This document shows, piece by piece, positions 40,681-49,666 of a DNA stretch of 64,000 nucleotides. Origin of the DNA: a virus; the IMG/VR virus record IMGVR_UViG_3300042301_002363, positions 24,098 through 88,097 of that record; one strand, 5' to 3'. The number at the start of each line of letters is the position of its first letter. The stretch's first letter is position 1. The notes beneath the pieces are model-generated. The model did no database searches. It saw nothing but the letters and a program-made list of their open reading frames with translations, and was not told the DNA's origin. The position numbers and the translations under genes were made by a program.

Positions 40681-42045
40681 TTACACTTCAGTATATGTTA
40701 CATCCATAGTCAGATTATCACATGGACATCCAAGTTCTGAAAGCACCTCTGGTCTTACTACTAGTTTTACTCGCATGTCCCCATTATCAGTATAGTCCCC
40801 CCAACTTTGGTTTGCATTTAAATCATCTACTAATTCTGTAATATTAACAGGTAATCCCATAGGTCCTGAAGGTACATAGTATCCTATCTGTATTTCATTA
40901 CAATAAAAAGTTACTAAATTAACAGGATAAAATGCTATATAATTTGAATATACTATACAAGCTTCAGGTAAAATTCCATTACAAGGTACTATTTCATGCA
41001 ATATGCATGATGGTACTCCCAGACATCCATCTAATGTATATCCATCAGGACAAGTCCATGTTATAGTTTCACCAGGTGCACCTATCACCAATGGTGGTGT
41101 AGACACTAAACTTGCTGATGAAAATAAAATATATGGTTCTAGGTCAGCAACTGTCATTGTTGGATCTGCCATTAGCGTCATTAAATCAGCTTCACTGATA
41201 TCATATATTTCTGCACCAAATGATGCAGGTGTTCCAAAATCCATTCCTGACAACTGCAATGTATGCAAACCAGCAGGTAAAGTAATTGGAAACATATGCC
41301 AAATCTTAAATGAATTTGGTTTACCAGAACTTGTTGGACTTCCTGTTGGACTATTAGATCCCCATATGTTTACAAGATTAAAGTTTGTGACACCACCATT
41401 AAAGGTTGTTGATGTTATTCCTGCTTTAATTTGATTATCACCAGCAATGGCAAAAATGTAAGTTTTTGTAGTGCTTATGTCAATGCAAAACTCAACGTCT
41501 AACCATTGATTGGCAGGATATCCTGTAGCCCATATTCCAACTGCATTTAATCTTCCATCAACATTATTTGCTGCTGCGTTTGTAAATACAGTATTACCTA
41601 TTACTGATGTAGATTGTATTGTGATTAATGATCCTGTTCCAGAATTCTCAAAAACTTGATAACCATTTGCACAGGTTGTACATATTGTGTCATTTTGCCA
41701 TCCATTTAATGGGAATATTTTTGTGCTAATATCTTCATATAACCTTGCACCAAAATTTCCATAGGCTGCACTATCACCTCCTCCAACAATGTTGTATATA
41801 GTTGCACCATCATCAGGTGTTGCTGCAATTACATCATATCTTTCACATTTTCTGATTATAGGATTATATATAAATCCTTCTGGACATTCACAGCAAATAA
41901 TTTCACACCAGTTTGCACCATCCCAATATTTAGTTGTACAGTTCCATGGATCAATCTCTTTCCATTGTGCAAGTGTTTTAACACGAACACTGCAGTTGCA
42001 GACATCAACCCAGTTTATACCATCAAATATCTTATACTTGTTCAT
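40681..42045 (-). CDS. Tail-associated protein (~454 aa) with PA14-like beta-sandwich
   Basis: ATG at 42045 (MNKYKIFDGINW) avoids overlap with the upstream gene; IAGDNQIK...WHMFPITLPAGLHTLQLSG resembles PA14-type jelly rolls and has a paralogous copy inside the muzzle. Confidence 0.55.
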   Translation of the reverse strand: MNKYKIFDGINWVDVCNCSVRVKTLAQWKEIDPWNCTTKYWDGANWCEIICCECPEGFIYNPIIRKCERYDVIAATPDDGATIYNIVGGGDSAAYGNFGARLYEDISTKIFPLNGWQNDTICTTCANGYQVFENSGTGSLITIQSTSVIGNTVFTNAAANNVDGRLNAVGIWATGYPANQWLDVEFCIDISTTKTYIFAIAGDNQIKAGITSTTFNGGVTNFNLVNIWGSNSPTGSPTSSGKPNSFKIWHMFPITLPAGLHTLQLSGMDFGTPASFGAEIYDISEADLMTLMADPTMTVADLEPYILFSSASLVSTPPLVIGAPGETITWTCPDGYTLDGCLGVPSCILHEIVPCNGILPEACIVYSNYIAFYPVNLVTFYCNEIQIGYYVPSGPMGLPVNITELVDDLNANQSWGDYTDNGDMRVKLVVRPEVLSELGCPCDNLTMDVTYTEV

Positions 42046-42047
42046 AG

Positions 42048-42749
42048 TTACAGTGGTGTGCAAGGCTGAATCCAAAGATCACCTGGTCTTATTGTGTTAT
42101 TAACTCCAATATAATTTACTCCAAATCCTTCAATAGAACCATAGATGCTATCAAAATCAGATTGTGTTGGTTCAATTGTTTGTACAAAAACAGCAACTCC
42201 TCTACCTGACTTACCCTCAGCTCCTGAATTTCCAGGTAAACCTTGTATTCCTGGAGGGCCAATTGGTCCAGGAGTACCAGTAGCTCCAGTAGCCCCAGGT
42301 GTACCAGCACATCCATTACATGCAAAACTAGTACTTATAAGAGTATCAGATATGCCATCAAAATAATCTATTTGAACACCACCACATGGACAATGTCTAC
42401 TTCCTGAAAGTACTGTAGATACCTTTATATAATTACCATTTATACCTGCTGCTCCATTTGTACCTCTTACACCTGGAGGGCCAGGTAGTAATTGTATATT
42501 GCATATTTGGTCTATGACAAGTTGAAACAATTCTGAGAAATCAGTTGGTGGACATGAAATATCATTAAAACAAGAAATGTCATATCTGGTAGGATCAAGC
42601 ATTACTAACGTATCACAAAACTTAATAGCAAGTTTGTACAATACTTCAGTTATTGTATCACCATTACACAGTTTCAAACATGGAATATCTGGACCTTCCC
42701 AGATCACACAGTTTGAAGAAGTTTTTATACATCCATCTTTGCTTTTCAT
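42048..42749 (-). CDS. Cys-rich tail fiber protein with collagen-like repeats (233 aa)
   Basis: Gly-X-Y runs (GPPGVRGTNGAAGING; GTPGATGATGTPGPIGPPGIQGLPGNSGAEGKSG); N-terminal CVIWEGPDIPC domain. Confidence 0.7.
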   Translation of the reverse strand: MKSKDGCIKTSSNCVIWEGPDIPCLKLCNGDTITEVLYKLAIKFCDTLVMLDPTRYDISCFNDISCPPTDFSELFQLVIDQICNIQLLPGPPGVRGTNGAAGINGNYIKVSTVLSGSRHCPCGGVQIDYFDGISDTLISTSFACNGCAGTPGATGATGTPGPIGPPGIQGLPGNSGAEGKSGRGVAVFVQTIEPTQSDFDSIYGSIEGFGVNYIGVNNTIRPGDLWIQPCTPL

Positions 42750-42759
42750 ATCTAATTTT

Positions 42760-44349
42760 TTAACATGTTCCTAAACTTGTTAATGTCGTATCTAACCCTA
42801 TTGTACTTGGTAAAGGAGCACCTCCTGCCAATTCTGCACTAACAAGACAAAGAACACTTCTTGTTGCATTTATACATCCTTCACCTGGGCAATAAATCAA
42901 CCCACTTGAGAAGAACATAGTAGTTCCAAAAGATTGACCATTTGGAATAGTTATTACAAGATCTGTTTCTACTACTGGATCTGAACTACAAGCGACATAC
43001 TCAATTCGTATTGTAACCTCTATTGCTGTTCCAGTATTTATTAACGCAGCTCCTAAGCTATCTAATAAATCAACTCTTAGTGTTGTTTGTGTAGGATTAA
43101 ATGGTGTAATCACTGGTCCTATTGGATTAGTACAATTTTGTGGTTTACCAACAACTGAAGTACTTCTATAGAATAATTTTCCAACATATGGTAAATCTAC
43201 TAATACACCAGTTGTTTCAACAGGACCAGATGTACCACAATCATAAATTGCAGAAACATTAATAACATATTCTACATCTGGATCAAGACCAGGACTTACA
43301 ATTGTATAACTCAATGGTGATGGTCCAACAGTAGTAGTTATTAATGGAACTCCTCCTCCTACATAGAATACTTCAATTTTGTAACCAACAGGTGGTTGTG
43401 ATCCAGTAGTCACTGGAGCAACCCATGTTATAGTTCCACCTGTAGTGCTTGTAGATGTTATTGCCACAGACACTGGTGGAATGGTTATACAAGGAATTGC
43501 AGGTGTTGTTGACATACAATCGTTTAGTTGACAAACAACCAACCAAAGATTTGTCATTGATTGCGCTGCTGTACTAGGATTAGTAATCCAACCTGCTATG
43601 TCACCATAAGTACCATCACCACATGGTAACGGTGTTGCTTCGTCAATACAAATTGTATTGAACATTTCTTGCCATTGTGTTAAAGTACCTAGTATTGATA
43701 AGTAACTACACAATGCTTGCTCCATGTTAGAGAATGCAGTTTCAATTGCTAATGTTTGTCCAGGAGCAGTTCCACTTAAACATTGAGTAGTAACATTAAT
43801 TATAGGTGGTACAGAACTACCTCCACCACCATTGTCAATGATATTCTGAATAATTTGTAATTGAGTATTTATTGAGTTTAGTACTGACTCAATACTTCCT
43901 ATGCTAAGGAGTATATCACAAATCTTTTGAGCAAGATACTCAACATACTCAACTATTGGCAATGCTGTAACAAGATCACCAGTTTCAGGATCAATGTATC
44001 GCAAACAACTTGGTAATTGAGCAATAATGATTGGAGTAGGTGGTACTGGTGGATCAACAGGTGGTAAACAAACTTGTGAGATTATTAACTGCAATGTTTC
44101 AAGTAATGTATCAGGTGGACATTGACCTGTTTCCAAAAGACACTCAAAATCAAGAGTAGATACATCTAGTATATTTTCAGTTATATCGCAAAGAACTTTT
44201 GCCATTTCGTAAATGACTATATCAATTGTATCTCCTCTACATAAATCTATGCATGGAATATCTGGTCCATCCCACGTTACGCAAGATGCAGAAACAGGCA
44301 TACAACCTGACTTTCTGTATTTATCAATATTTGATGGTAATGCTTTCAT
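42760..44349 (-). CDS. Cys-rich tail appendage protein with fibronectin type III domain (529 aa)
   Basis: N-terminal CVTWDGPDIPC domain; FN3 pattern PPVSVAI...ITWVAP...GYKIEV...GLDPDVEYVINVSAI at ~43225-43480. Confidence 0.65.
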   Translation of the reverse strand: MKALPSNIDKYRKSGCMPVSASCVTWDGPDIPCIDLCRGDTIDIVIYEMAKVLCDITENILDVSTLDFECLLETGQCPPDTLLETLQLIISQVCLPPVDPPVPPTPIIIAQLPSCLRYIDPETGDLVTALPIVEYVEYLAQKICDILLSIGSIESVLNSINTQLQIIQNIIDNGGGGSSVPPIINVTTQCLSGTAPGQTLAIETAFSNMEQALCSYLSILGTLTQWQEMFNTICIDEATPLPCGDGTYGDIAGWITNPSTAAQSMTNLWLVVCQLNDCMSTTPAIPCITIPPVSVAITSTSTTGGTITWVAPVTTGSQPPVGYKIEVFYVGGGVPLITTTVGPSPLSYTIVSPGLDPDVEYVINVSAIYDCGTSGPVETTGVLVDLPYVGKLFYRSTSVVGKPQNCTNPIGPVITPFNPTQTTLRVDLLDSLGAALINTGTAIEVTIRIEYVACSSDPVVETDLVITIPNGQSFGTTMFFSSGLIYCPGEGCINATRSVLCLVSAELAGGAPLPSTIGLDTTLTSLGTC

Positions 44350-44577
44350 TTATAACGTGTTAATGTATTCTGTTACAGTATTATATCCACAACAACTATT
44401 ATCAGCAGGAAGTCCACAATTCTGACGTTCTAATCCTCTTTCATATATGTTTTTCATTTCATATGCCAAATCAGGATCCAATCGCTTCTTACATCCTTCA
44501 ATGCCAAAGCGACTATTGTTAAACTCTTGAAATAAAGAGTCAGCAAACAATTCATTTATGTAAACTTGTGTATCCAT
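44350..44577 (-). CDS. Hypothetical protein (75 aa)
   Basis: Fills the gap between co-oriented genes with abutting start and stop codons. Confidence 0.6.
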   Translation of the reverse strand: MDTQVYINELFADSLFQEFNNSRFGIEGCKKRLDPDLAYEMKNIYERGLERQNCGLPADNSCCGYNTVTEYINTL

Positions 44578-44762
44578 TATTGTTTAGGATAATAGTTATG
44601 TGGTATGTCCCATACATATGGTCCATTATTTTCGTCTGTTGCGTTTGGTCTCAATGATTTCTCATATACTGCAATACAGTTTGAGCATACTGATTTACCA
44701 TCTGACGCAATTCTTTGTTGGCAACTACATGATAGTTTAGTTCCGCAATGTGTGCATTTCAT
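44577..44762 (-). CDS. Small Cys-rich protein, possible zinc ribbon (61 aa)
   Basis: CTHCG...CSC...CSNC; stop overlaps the next start. Confidence 0.6.
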   Translation of the reverse strand: MKCTHCGTKLSCSCQQRIASDGKSVCSNCIAVYEKSLRPNATDENNGPYVWDIPHNYYPKQ

Positions 44763-44780
44763 ATTCTTCTGTTTTTAAGG

Positions 44781-45338
44781 TTATCTACACGTAATACAAC
44801 AACCCATGATATACTTGTCCAAAAGTCTGTTGGCATATGACAACATTTCAACTCCTTGCTGTGGTGCATGACAGTATTCTGCCTTTGCTTTAGCTGCATC
44901 AATAAGCATTTTGATATATCTTAGGTCATCTAATTTTTGTCTCTCCTCTGAGCTTGGTTCACATTCTTGCAAATGTAATTTGCAAATTTCTCCATAGTAC
45001 CTGTTTGTAACAGAAGTTGTTCTCAAATGATAGTACTTAACATACATTTGCTCATTAGGAGAAATACTATATCTAATAGTATAAAGACCATCATGTAATG
45101 GTGATCCTGGAGGACAGTCAATTCCTAAATCTGTGGCATCAAATACTGCACAAAAATTTGGAGTAAGTCCTAATGTTATATAGACAGGCTGATTAGTTCC
45201 TGGAATAGTAATGTCTAATTGTTGACATTCTATTGGTAATATTGCTGGATCAGCATAGATTGATGTATCAACAACTCTAATGATATTCTCACAAGCTGTC
45301 TCAGGTACATCTAACTGTAATATGTGTGTTATTGCCAT
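44781..45338 (-). CDS. Structural (tail/collar) protein (~185 aa)
   Basis: ATG at 45338 (MAITHILQLDV); LHDGLYTIRYS motif; lies in the tail module. Confidence 0.55.
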   Translation of the reverse strand: MAITHILQLDVPETACENIIRVVDTSIYADPAILPIECQQLDITIPGTNQPVYITLGLTPNFCAVFDATDLGIDCPPGSPLHDGLYTIRYSISPNEQMYVKYYHLRTTSVTNRYYGEICKLHLQECEPSSEERQKLDDLRYIKMLIDAAKAKAEYCHAPQQGVEMLSYANRLLDKYIMGCCITCR

Positions 45339-45359
45339 AGTTGCAGATTTTAAATACCG

Positions 45360-45380
45360 CTTCAATAAAATTTAAGAAAT
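45360..45380 (-). promoter_or_regulatory. Conserved late-region upstream motif, copy 3
   Basis: Minus strand ATTTCT-TAAATT-T-TATTGAAG, just downstream of a terminator. Confidence 0.5.
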
Positions 45381-45398
45381 TTTTCTGAAAGATACAAC

Positions 45399-45436
45399 AA
45401 AAAAGAAAAAGAAGAGCGCAATGCCCTTCTTTTCCT
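45399..45436 (-). terminator. Intrinsic terminator
   Basis: Minus strand GAAAAGAAGGGC-attgc-GCTCTTCTTTTT followed by CTTTTTT, after the stop at 45460. Confidence 0.65.
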
Positions 45437-45459
45437 CTTTATAATAGTCAGGTATGCTA

Positions 45460-46980
45460 TTACGCAACAACCTGTAGGACAACGCCTGACTGAGCAGAAG
45501 TTAACCAAGTATTCCACCAAGTTTGGAATGTTGTTAAACTTGTAGCAGTTGCACCAGCAGCTGTTGTAAAGTTAGGAACAACAATCTTAACTAAGTATTG
45601 GTCATTATCATGCACACTAGTTGGGTTATTCTTACGTGGAATGCTGTGTAGTAAATAGTAAACACTATATCTGTTACCTCGTACGATTTCTGGTCCACCA
45701 GAGTTACTTGTACCAAGAGTAGTGTCATTCAATACTTCACGTAAACGTGGATCAGCATACCAAGGTTCTTGTTGGTAACGTTTAGCAAGAATTAGTTCAC
45801 GAACCAATGTCTCACCAAATCCTTTACCTTGTTTTGCTTCTTGAATTTCAGTAATTACTAAACAAGAAACTGAACAAGTATCACCACCAAGGTCATTAGA
45901 GTTGTTTGCGTAAGCAGCTACAGAAGCATAAAGCAAGATTGGCTCAGTTTCAAAATGATCTTGTGGATTAAATGAACAGTCACCAAATACTGTATCTACG
46001 TATGCACCAATGATATCAAGACAAGAACTAACAGTGTTTGCAGCAGCTCCAGTTGCAGGAACGTAAGTTGCAGTTGTAGTTGTACGATATACATTAATTG
46101 CAGTACCAGCAGGAATTGTTGCAGGTAAAATAAATGGAGTTCCATTTTGATTAACAAGTGGAACAGTAGTTGCACCTGCAACATATGTAGGTCCTACATA
46201 TGCAGAGTATCCAGCAATTTTAATCTTGTTGTTGACTTGAATTGCAGTAGCACCAGAACCAGCTGATACAACAGTAAGTGTTGATGTACCAATAGTACCA
46301 GAAGCAGTTGTAGCCAATGCAGTTTTAACATAGACCAAAGCTGCAACAAATTGGTTCAAGAATGGAGTAGAGTTGTTACCAGAAGAAACACTATTAATTT
46401 GGTCAGCCCATTGTAATAATACAACTGTAGGGTCAACTAAATCAGGAGTAGTTGCTGATACAACATTTGTACAACATCCAGAGTATGCACTAAGTGTTTG
46501 ATACAAGTTGTGATTCAAGAAACGTAATGCTGGAGAACCTTTGATGTCCAAACGTAAGTCATACATTGTATCACAAGTAAGACCACAGTTGATTTGACAA
46601 ATTTCAAGAACTTCGTTTACTGGAGCTGCAGGATCTGTTCTGTAGAACGAACTTACAAACTTAGCATTGATGCCTTTTGATTTTACAGACTCTTTGTAAC
46701 CTCCATGGAAAGGACCAATCTTGTCCAATGAATGGAAACTACCTTGTGCCAAGTACACTTGAGAATAAGCATTCGCAGTTGTAGCTGGTCCATAAGTAGG
46801 AGCAACAGCAGGGTCAATAGGTACGTTTGTCAACGCGTTAACAATAGCAACTTGACCTGCATTAATAGCCAAGGTTGTTGCTGGAGTAGCACCACCACTA
46901 GGGAATGGTACTGGAGTTACACCACCCGCTGGGTGAGTTGCAACTAGCATTTTCTGAAATGCATGTGGAAAATAAGCCAT
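45460..46980 (-). CDS. Virion structural protein, possibly auxiliary capsid protein (506 aa)
   Basis: Thr/Ala/Val-rich; GKGFGETLVRELIL and YSVYYLLHS C-terminal blocks; followed by a terminator; located in the head-tail module. Confidence 0.5.
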   Translation of the reverse strand: MAYFPHAFQKMLVATHPAGGVTPVPFPSGGATPATTLAINAGQVAIVNALTNVPIDPAVAPTYGPATTANAYSQVYLAQGSFHSLDKIGPFHGGYKESVKSKGINAKFVSSFYRTDPAAPVNEVLEICQINCGLTCDTMYDLRLDIKGSPALRFLNHNLYQTLSAYSGCCTNVVSATTPDLVDPTVVLLQWADQINSVSSGNNSTPFLNQFVAALVYVKTALATTASGTIGTSTLTVVSAGSGATAIQVNNKIKIAGYSAYVGPTYVAGATTVPLVNQNGTPFILPATIPAGTAINVYRTTTTATYVPATGAAANTVSSCLDIIGAYVDTVFGDCSFNPQDHFETEPILLYASVAAYANNSNDLGGDTCSVSCLVITEIQEAKQGKGFGETLVRELILAKRYQQEPWYADPRLREVLNDTTLGTSNSGGPEIVRGNRYSVYYLLHSIPRKNNPTSVHDNDQYLVKIVVPNFTTAAGATATSLTTFQTWWNTWLTSAQSGVVLQVVA

Positions 46981-47023
46981 AACAAATAGATTTAAAAATT
47001 AAACAAAAAAAACAATTAACAAT

Positions 47024-47503
47024 TTATTTTAAAAACTTGAGTTTATACTTTGCTGAGTTCAATGCAGATTTGACATTGTCAAGATCGTTTACTATTTCGC
47101 TATAAGGCATCATAGCTTGTAGTTCATTTACTTCAGAAGTAAGCTCTCGTATATAAGATAATGCATCTTCAACAGAATTGCAAACTTTTTTTGAATATTC
47201 TTCTTCATGAGAACATTCAACAATTCTTTCTACTGCACCTTGATACCCTTCAATAAGAGTATCTGCATGATCAGGTAATGCTTCATACAAATCTCCAAGA
47301 GCTTTGTGTGCAGCAAAAGAACCTAGGTCTTTTACTTTAAGATGTAACTTGTGAAAACATGATGCAGCATCCATAAGTTTATAACCTAATTTTGCCACCT
47401 CTTCATCAAGAGGGTTTTCAGAACTACGATAAGTTTCTTTATCAATAGCTGCTGTAATCAAAGGGCGTCTTTTTAATGAGTATCCACCAGTAAAATCATC
47501 CAT
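47024..47503 (-). CDS. Ferritin-like / Dps-like protein (DUF5856-like, 159 aa)
   Basis: KLHL...SFAAHKALGDLYE...DTLIEGYQG and C-terminal KYKLKFLK match phage ferritin-like four-helix bundles. Confidence 0.7.
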   Translation of the reverse strand: MDDFTGGYSLKRRPLITAAIDKETYRSSENPLDEEVAKLGYKLMDAASCFHKLHLKVKDLGSFAAHKALGDLYEALPDHADTLIEGYQGAVERIVECSHEEEYSKKVCNSVEDALSYIRELTSEVNELQAMMPYSEIVNDLDNVKSALNSAKYKLKFLK

Positions 47504-47515
47504 AATATTTTATAT

Positions 47516-48217
47516 TTATTCGTTTGTAGTTTGACTTTGTTGTGCTCGTTGCATTTGATTGAATGATTCAATATCTCCTGCCAATATTGCAACAGCACCA
47601 TCAATGAGTAGTTCTGTAACATCATCTTTAAATTCAGATGTTATATCAACTGCAGATGCTACTCCAGTTGATATATCAATGCATCCAAGAAACTGAATAG
47701 GACGTGGTTTTCTATAATATGTTAAAACCGCATCATCAAGTTCAAATTCATTGTTAGTATAAATGCGAATTTTATTACTTTGCATTGTACAGAATGTTTC
47801 TTCCCACTCATAACTTGGCTTTTTAAACTCATCTGATAACAAGTTGTCAACGTCAGCTGTTTCATCAAGATATACTGTTAAAGCACGTGGAGGACAGCAG
47901 TCTTTAATTCCTTTGATTGACATCCTTTTAAAGTACAAGTAATCATCTGGAATTAATTCTGTCTCATAATAAAGATCACGCTTAGCTATTATGATATTGT
48001 CAGAAAGCAATATGTTTTGGACATCATCAATCTGCATCTTAGAGGATTCATCATACTCAGGATGTGTAGGTGATACGTGAATTTGTCTACGCACCCATTC
48101 TAACTGAGCTTTGTTAAAAGCCTCAACTATCTGCCAACATTCAATGTTGTCATAGTCAAATGAAGCGAGTTTATTCAAACGCTCATAAATCTTTATTCTG
48201 AGTAGATTGTTATCCAT
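47516..48217 (-). CDS. Head-tail adaptor / tail tubular ring protein (233 aa)
   Basis: FNKAQ, IPDDYLY and LTYYRKPRPI motifs typical of crAss-like ring proteins; two genes downstream of the capsid gene. Confidence 0.65.
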   Translation of the reverse strand: MDNNLLRIKIYERLNKLASFDYDNIECWQIVEAFNKAQLEWVRRQIHVSPTHPEYDESSKMQIDDVQNILLSDNIIIAKRDLYYETELIPDDYLYFKRMSIKGIKDCCPPRALTVYLDETADVDNLLSDEFKKPSYEWEETFCTMQSNKIRIYTNNEFELDDAVLTYYRKPRPIQFLGCIDISTGVASAVDITSEFKDDVTELLIDGAVAILAGDIESFNQMQRAQQSQTTNE

Positions 48218-49233
48218 TAGCTATTCCAGTGTGATTCAACATTACGTATTACATCCATCAATATTTCTTCATTGAGAGGATTTTTTAAATACTCAACAAT
48301 TTCAGATGGAGTTTTTCCAAGCATTGCTCCACTCTTCATGTGATAGATGTTTCCATCACCACGTGTTGCAATTACTTTATAGAAGTTAGCATCTTTTACA
48401 ATAGCTCTTAGTTTTAGTGTCTCCATATCTAAAGCACTGATTTCTAAGAACTTAGATGCTGTTTTCTTTTTATCTTTATCAACAGACTCACCATTGATGT
48501 ATTTGTCCATATTATCATATAGTACATCATTTGGAGTAGACTTTCTATATTGTGTAGAGTTTCCATCAATAACCTTACAAACCAAATACAACTTGTTAGC
48601 GTTTTTGTCATAAAGTTTTTGAAGTTCAGAAAGCGCTTTGTTACGTAATTTCTTAACTTCTGTCTTGATAGACACAGTCTCTTCATATCTATCCAAGTAG
48701 AACTTGTGTGTTACACTTGTTCTTGCTTGATCTAAAGATCTTGCAACCAATGAAAAACCACCTGCTTCAATAGCACGCAATTTAATTAAATCATATGGGT
48801 CAAGTGTAGGATCAAGAAATACAGGATCATTACCCATTCTCAATATAATCTTTTCCCAAAAGTCAGAGTTGTCTGGTTTTAGTAGTCTTACCTTATTCCA
48901 AAACTCTTCATCTTTTGGATCAATTACATTAGATGCTAATTCTTTTTCTAACTGAGCAACAGTTGATCTAATTTCTTTAATTGCTGCAGATCGTTCTTCT
49001 TCTGGTAATGACTTTAACTCAGGTGCAAATTCATTAAGACCAGTTACATATCTTTTAATACCATTGTACTCAAGACATGCTACTACTTCTTCATGTACTA
49101 CTCCTTCAAATACTGCCATTTCCCATTTCTCTAATCCCATGTTTGAGATAGAAGAATTTACATAAGGTTTAATTGACACAGTGCTAGTTCGCTTCTGTGC
49201 CCTGTCCTTTTCAACTACTGTAATGTTTTCCAT
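48217..49233 (-). CDS. Conserved crAss-like head-module protein (338 aa)
   Basis: RYVTGLNE, FW...LDP..PYD and LGKTPSEIVEYLKNPLN motifs; position after the capsid gene is conserved in crAss-like phages. Confidence 0.6.
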   Translation of the reverse strand: MENITVVEKDRAQKRTSTVSIKPYVNSSISNMGLEKWEMAVFEGVVHEEVVACLEYNGIKRYVTGLNEFAPELKSLPEEERSAAIKEIRSTVAQLEKELASNVIDPKDEEFWNKVRLLKPDNSDFWEKIILRMGNDPVFLDPTLDPYDLIKLRAIEAGGFSLVARSLDQARTSVTHKFYLDRYEETVSIKTEVKKLRNKALSELQKLYDKNANKLYLVCKVIDGNSTQYRKSTPNDVLYDNMDKYINGESVDKDKKKTASKFLEISALDMETLKLRAIVKDANFYKVIATRGDGNIYHMKSGAMLGKTPSEIVEYLKNPLNEEILMDVIRNVESHWNS

Positions 49234-49264
49234 TTTTAAATTGTTTTAATAGTGTTTTTCTTTC

Positions 49265-49410
49265 TTCTTAGCAACATTGGTTTCGCATTTCTGCTACTTA
49301 GCTTCTGAGCCACGTCAAGGCTGTTACTTTTCAGAAGTACCAGGAAGATTTGTGGTCTTCCTGGCGTGCTTCCATCAGATTCACATCTGATATTGAGGAG
49401 GTGGAGCGTC
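49265..49410 (-). ncRNA. Candidate structured RNA (four consecutive stem-loops)
   Basis: Inverted repeats at 49374-49380/49385-49391 (GTGA tetraloop on the minus strand), 49340-49348/49356-49364, 49302-49308/49331-49337 and 49269-49273/49292-49296 within a ~180-nt intergenic gap. Confidence 0.45.
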
Positions 49411-49411
49411 T

Positions 49412-49642
49412 TTATTTACGTTTTCTTGCAAGTGTCATAGTTGACTTCTTTGCTGCAACAGACCCACCTTTTTTAAAGTTACGTGTTTCACCACGAGTTG
49501 TATTGGTGTTTGAATTATCTACACCACTAGGTGCTGGTTTAGGTCCAGACCCAACCATGCTTGGTGTCATTTTTCTTCCTGTTGATGCATTGAATCCTGT
49601 GCTACTACCACCAGCATTCATACGTTTAAGTTGCTTTGCCAT
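49412..49642 (-). CDS. Small basic protein (76 aa), probable internal head protein
   Basis: Directly downstream of the capsid gene; K/R-rich and disordered; carries MNAGG and FKKGG motifs. Confidence 0.6.
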   Translation of the reverse strand: MAKQLKRMNAGGSSTGFNASTGRKMTPSMVGSGPKPAPSGVDNSNTNTTRGETRNFKKGGSVAAKKSTMTLARKRK

Positions 49643-49666
49643 TGTATATTGGTTTAAATATTACAA

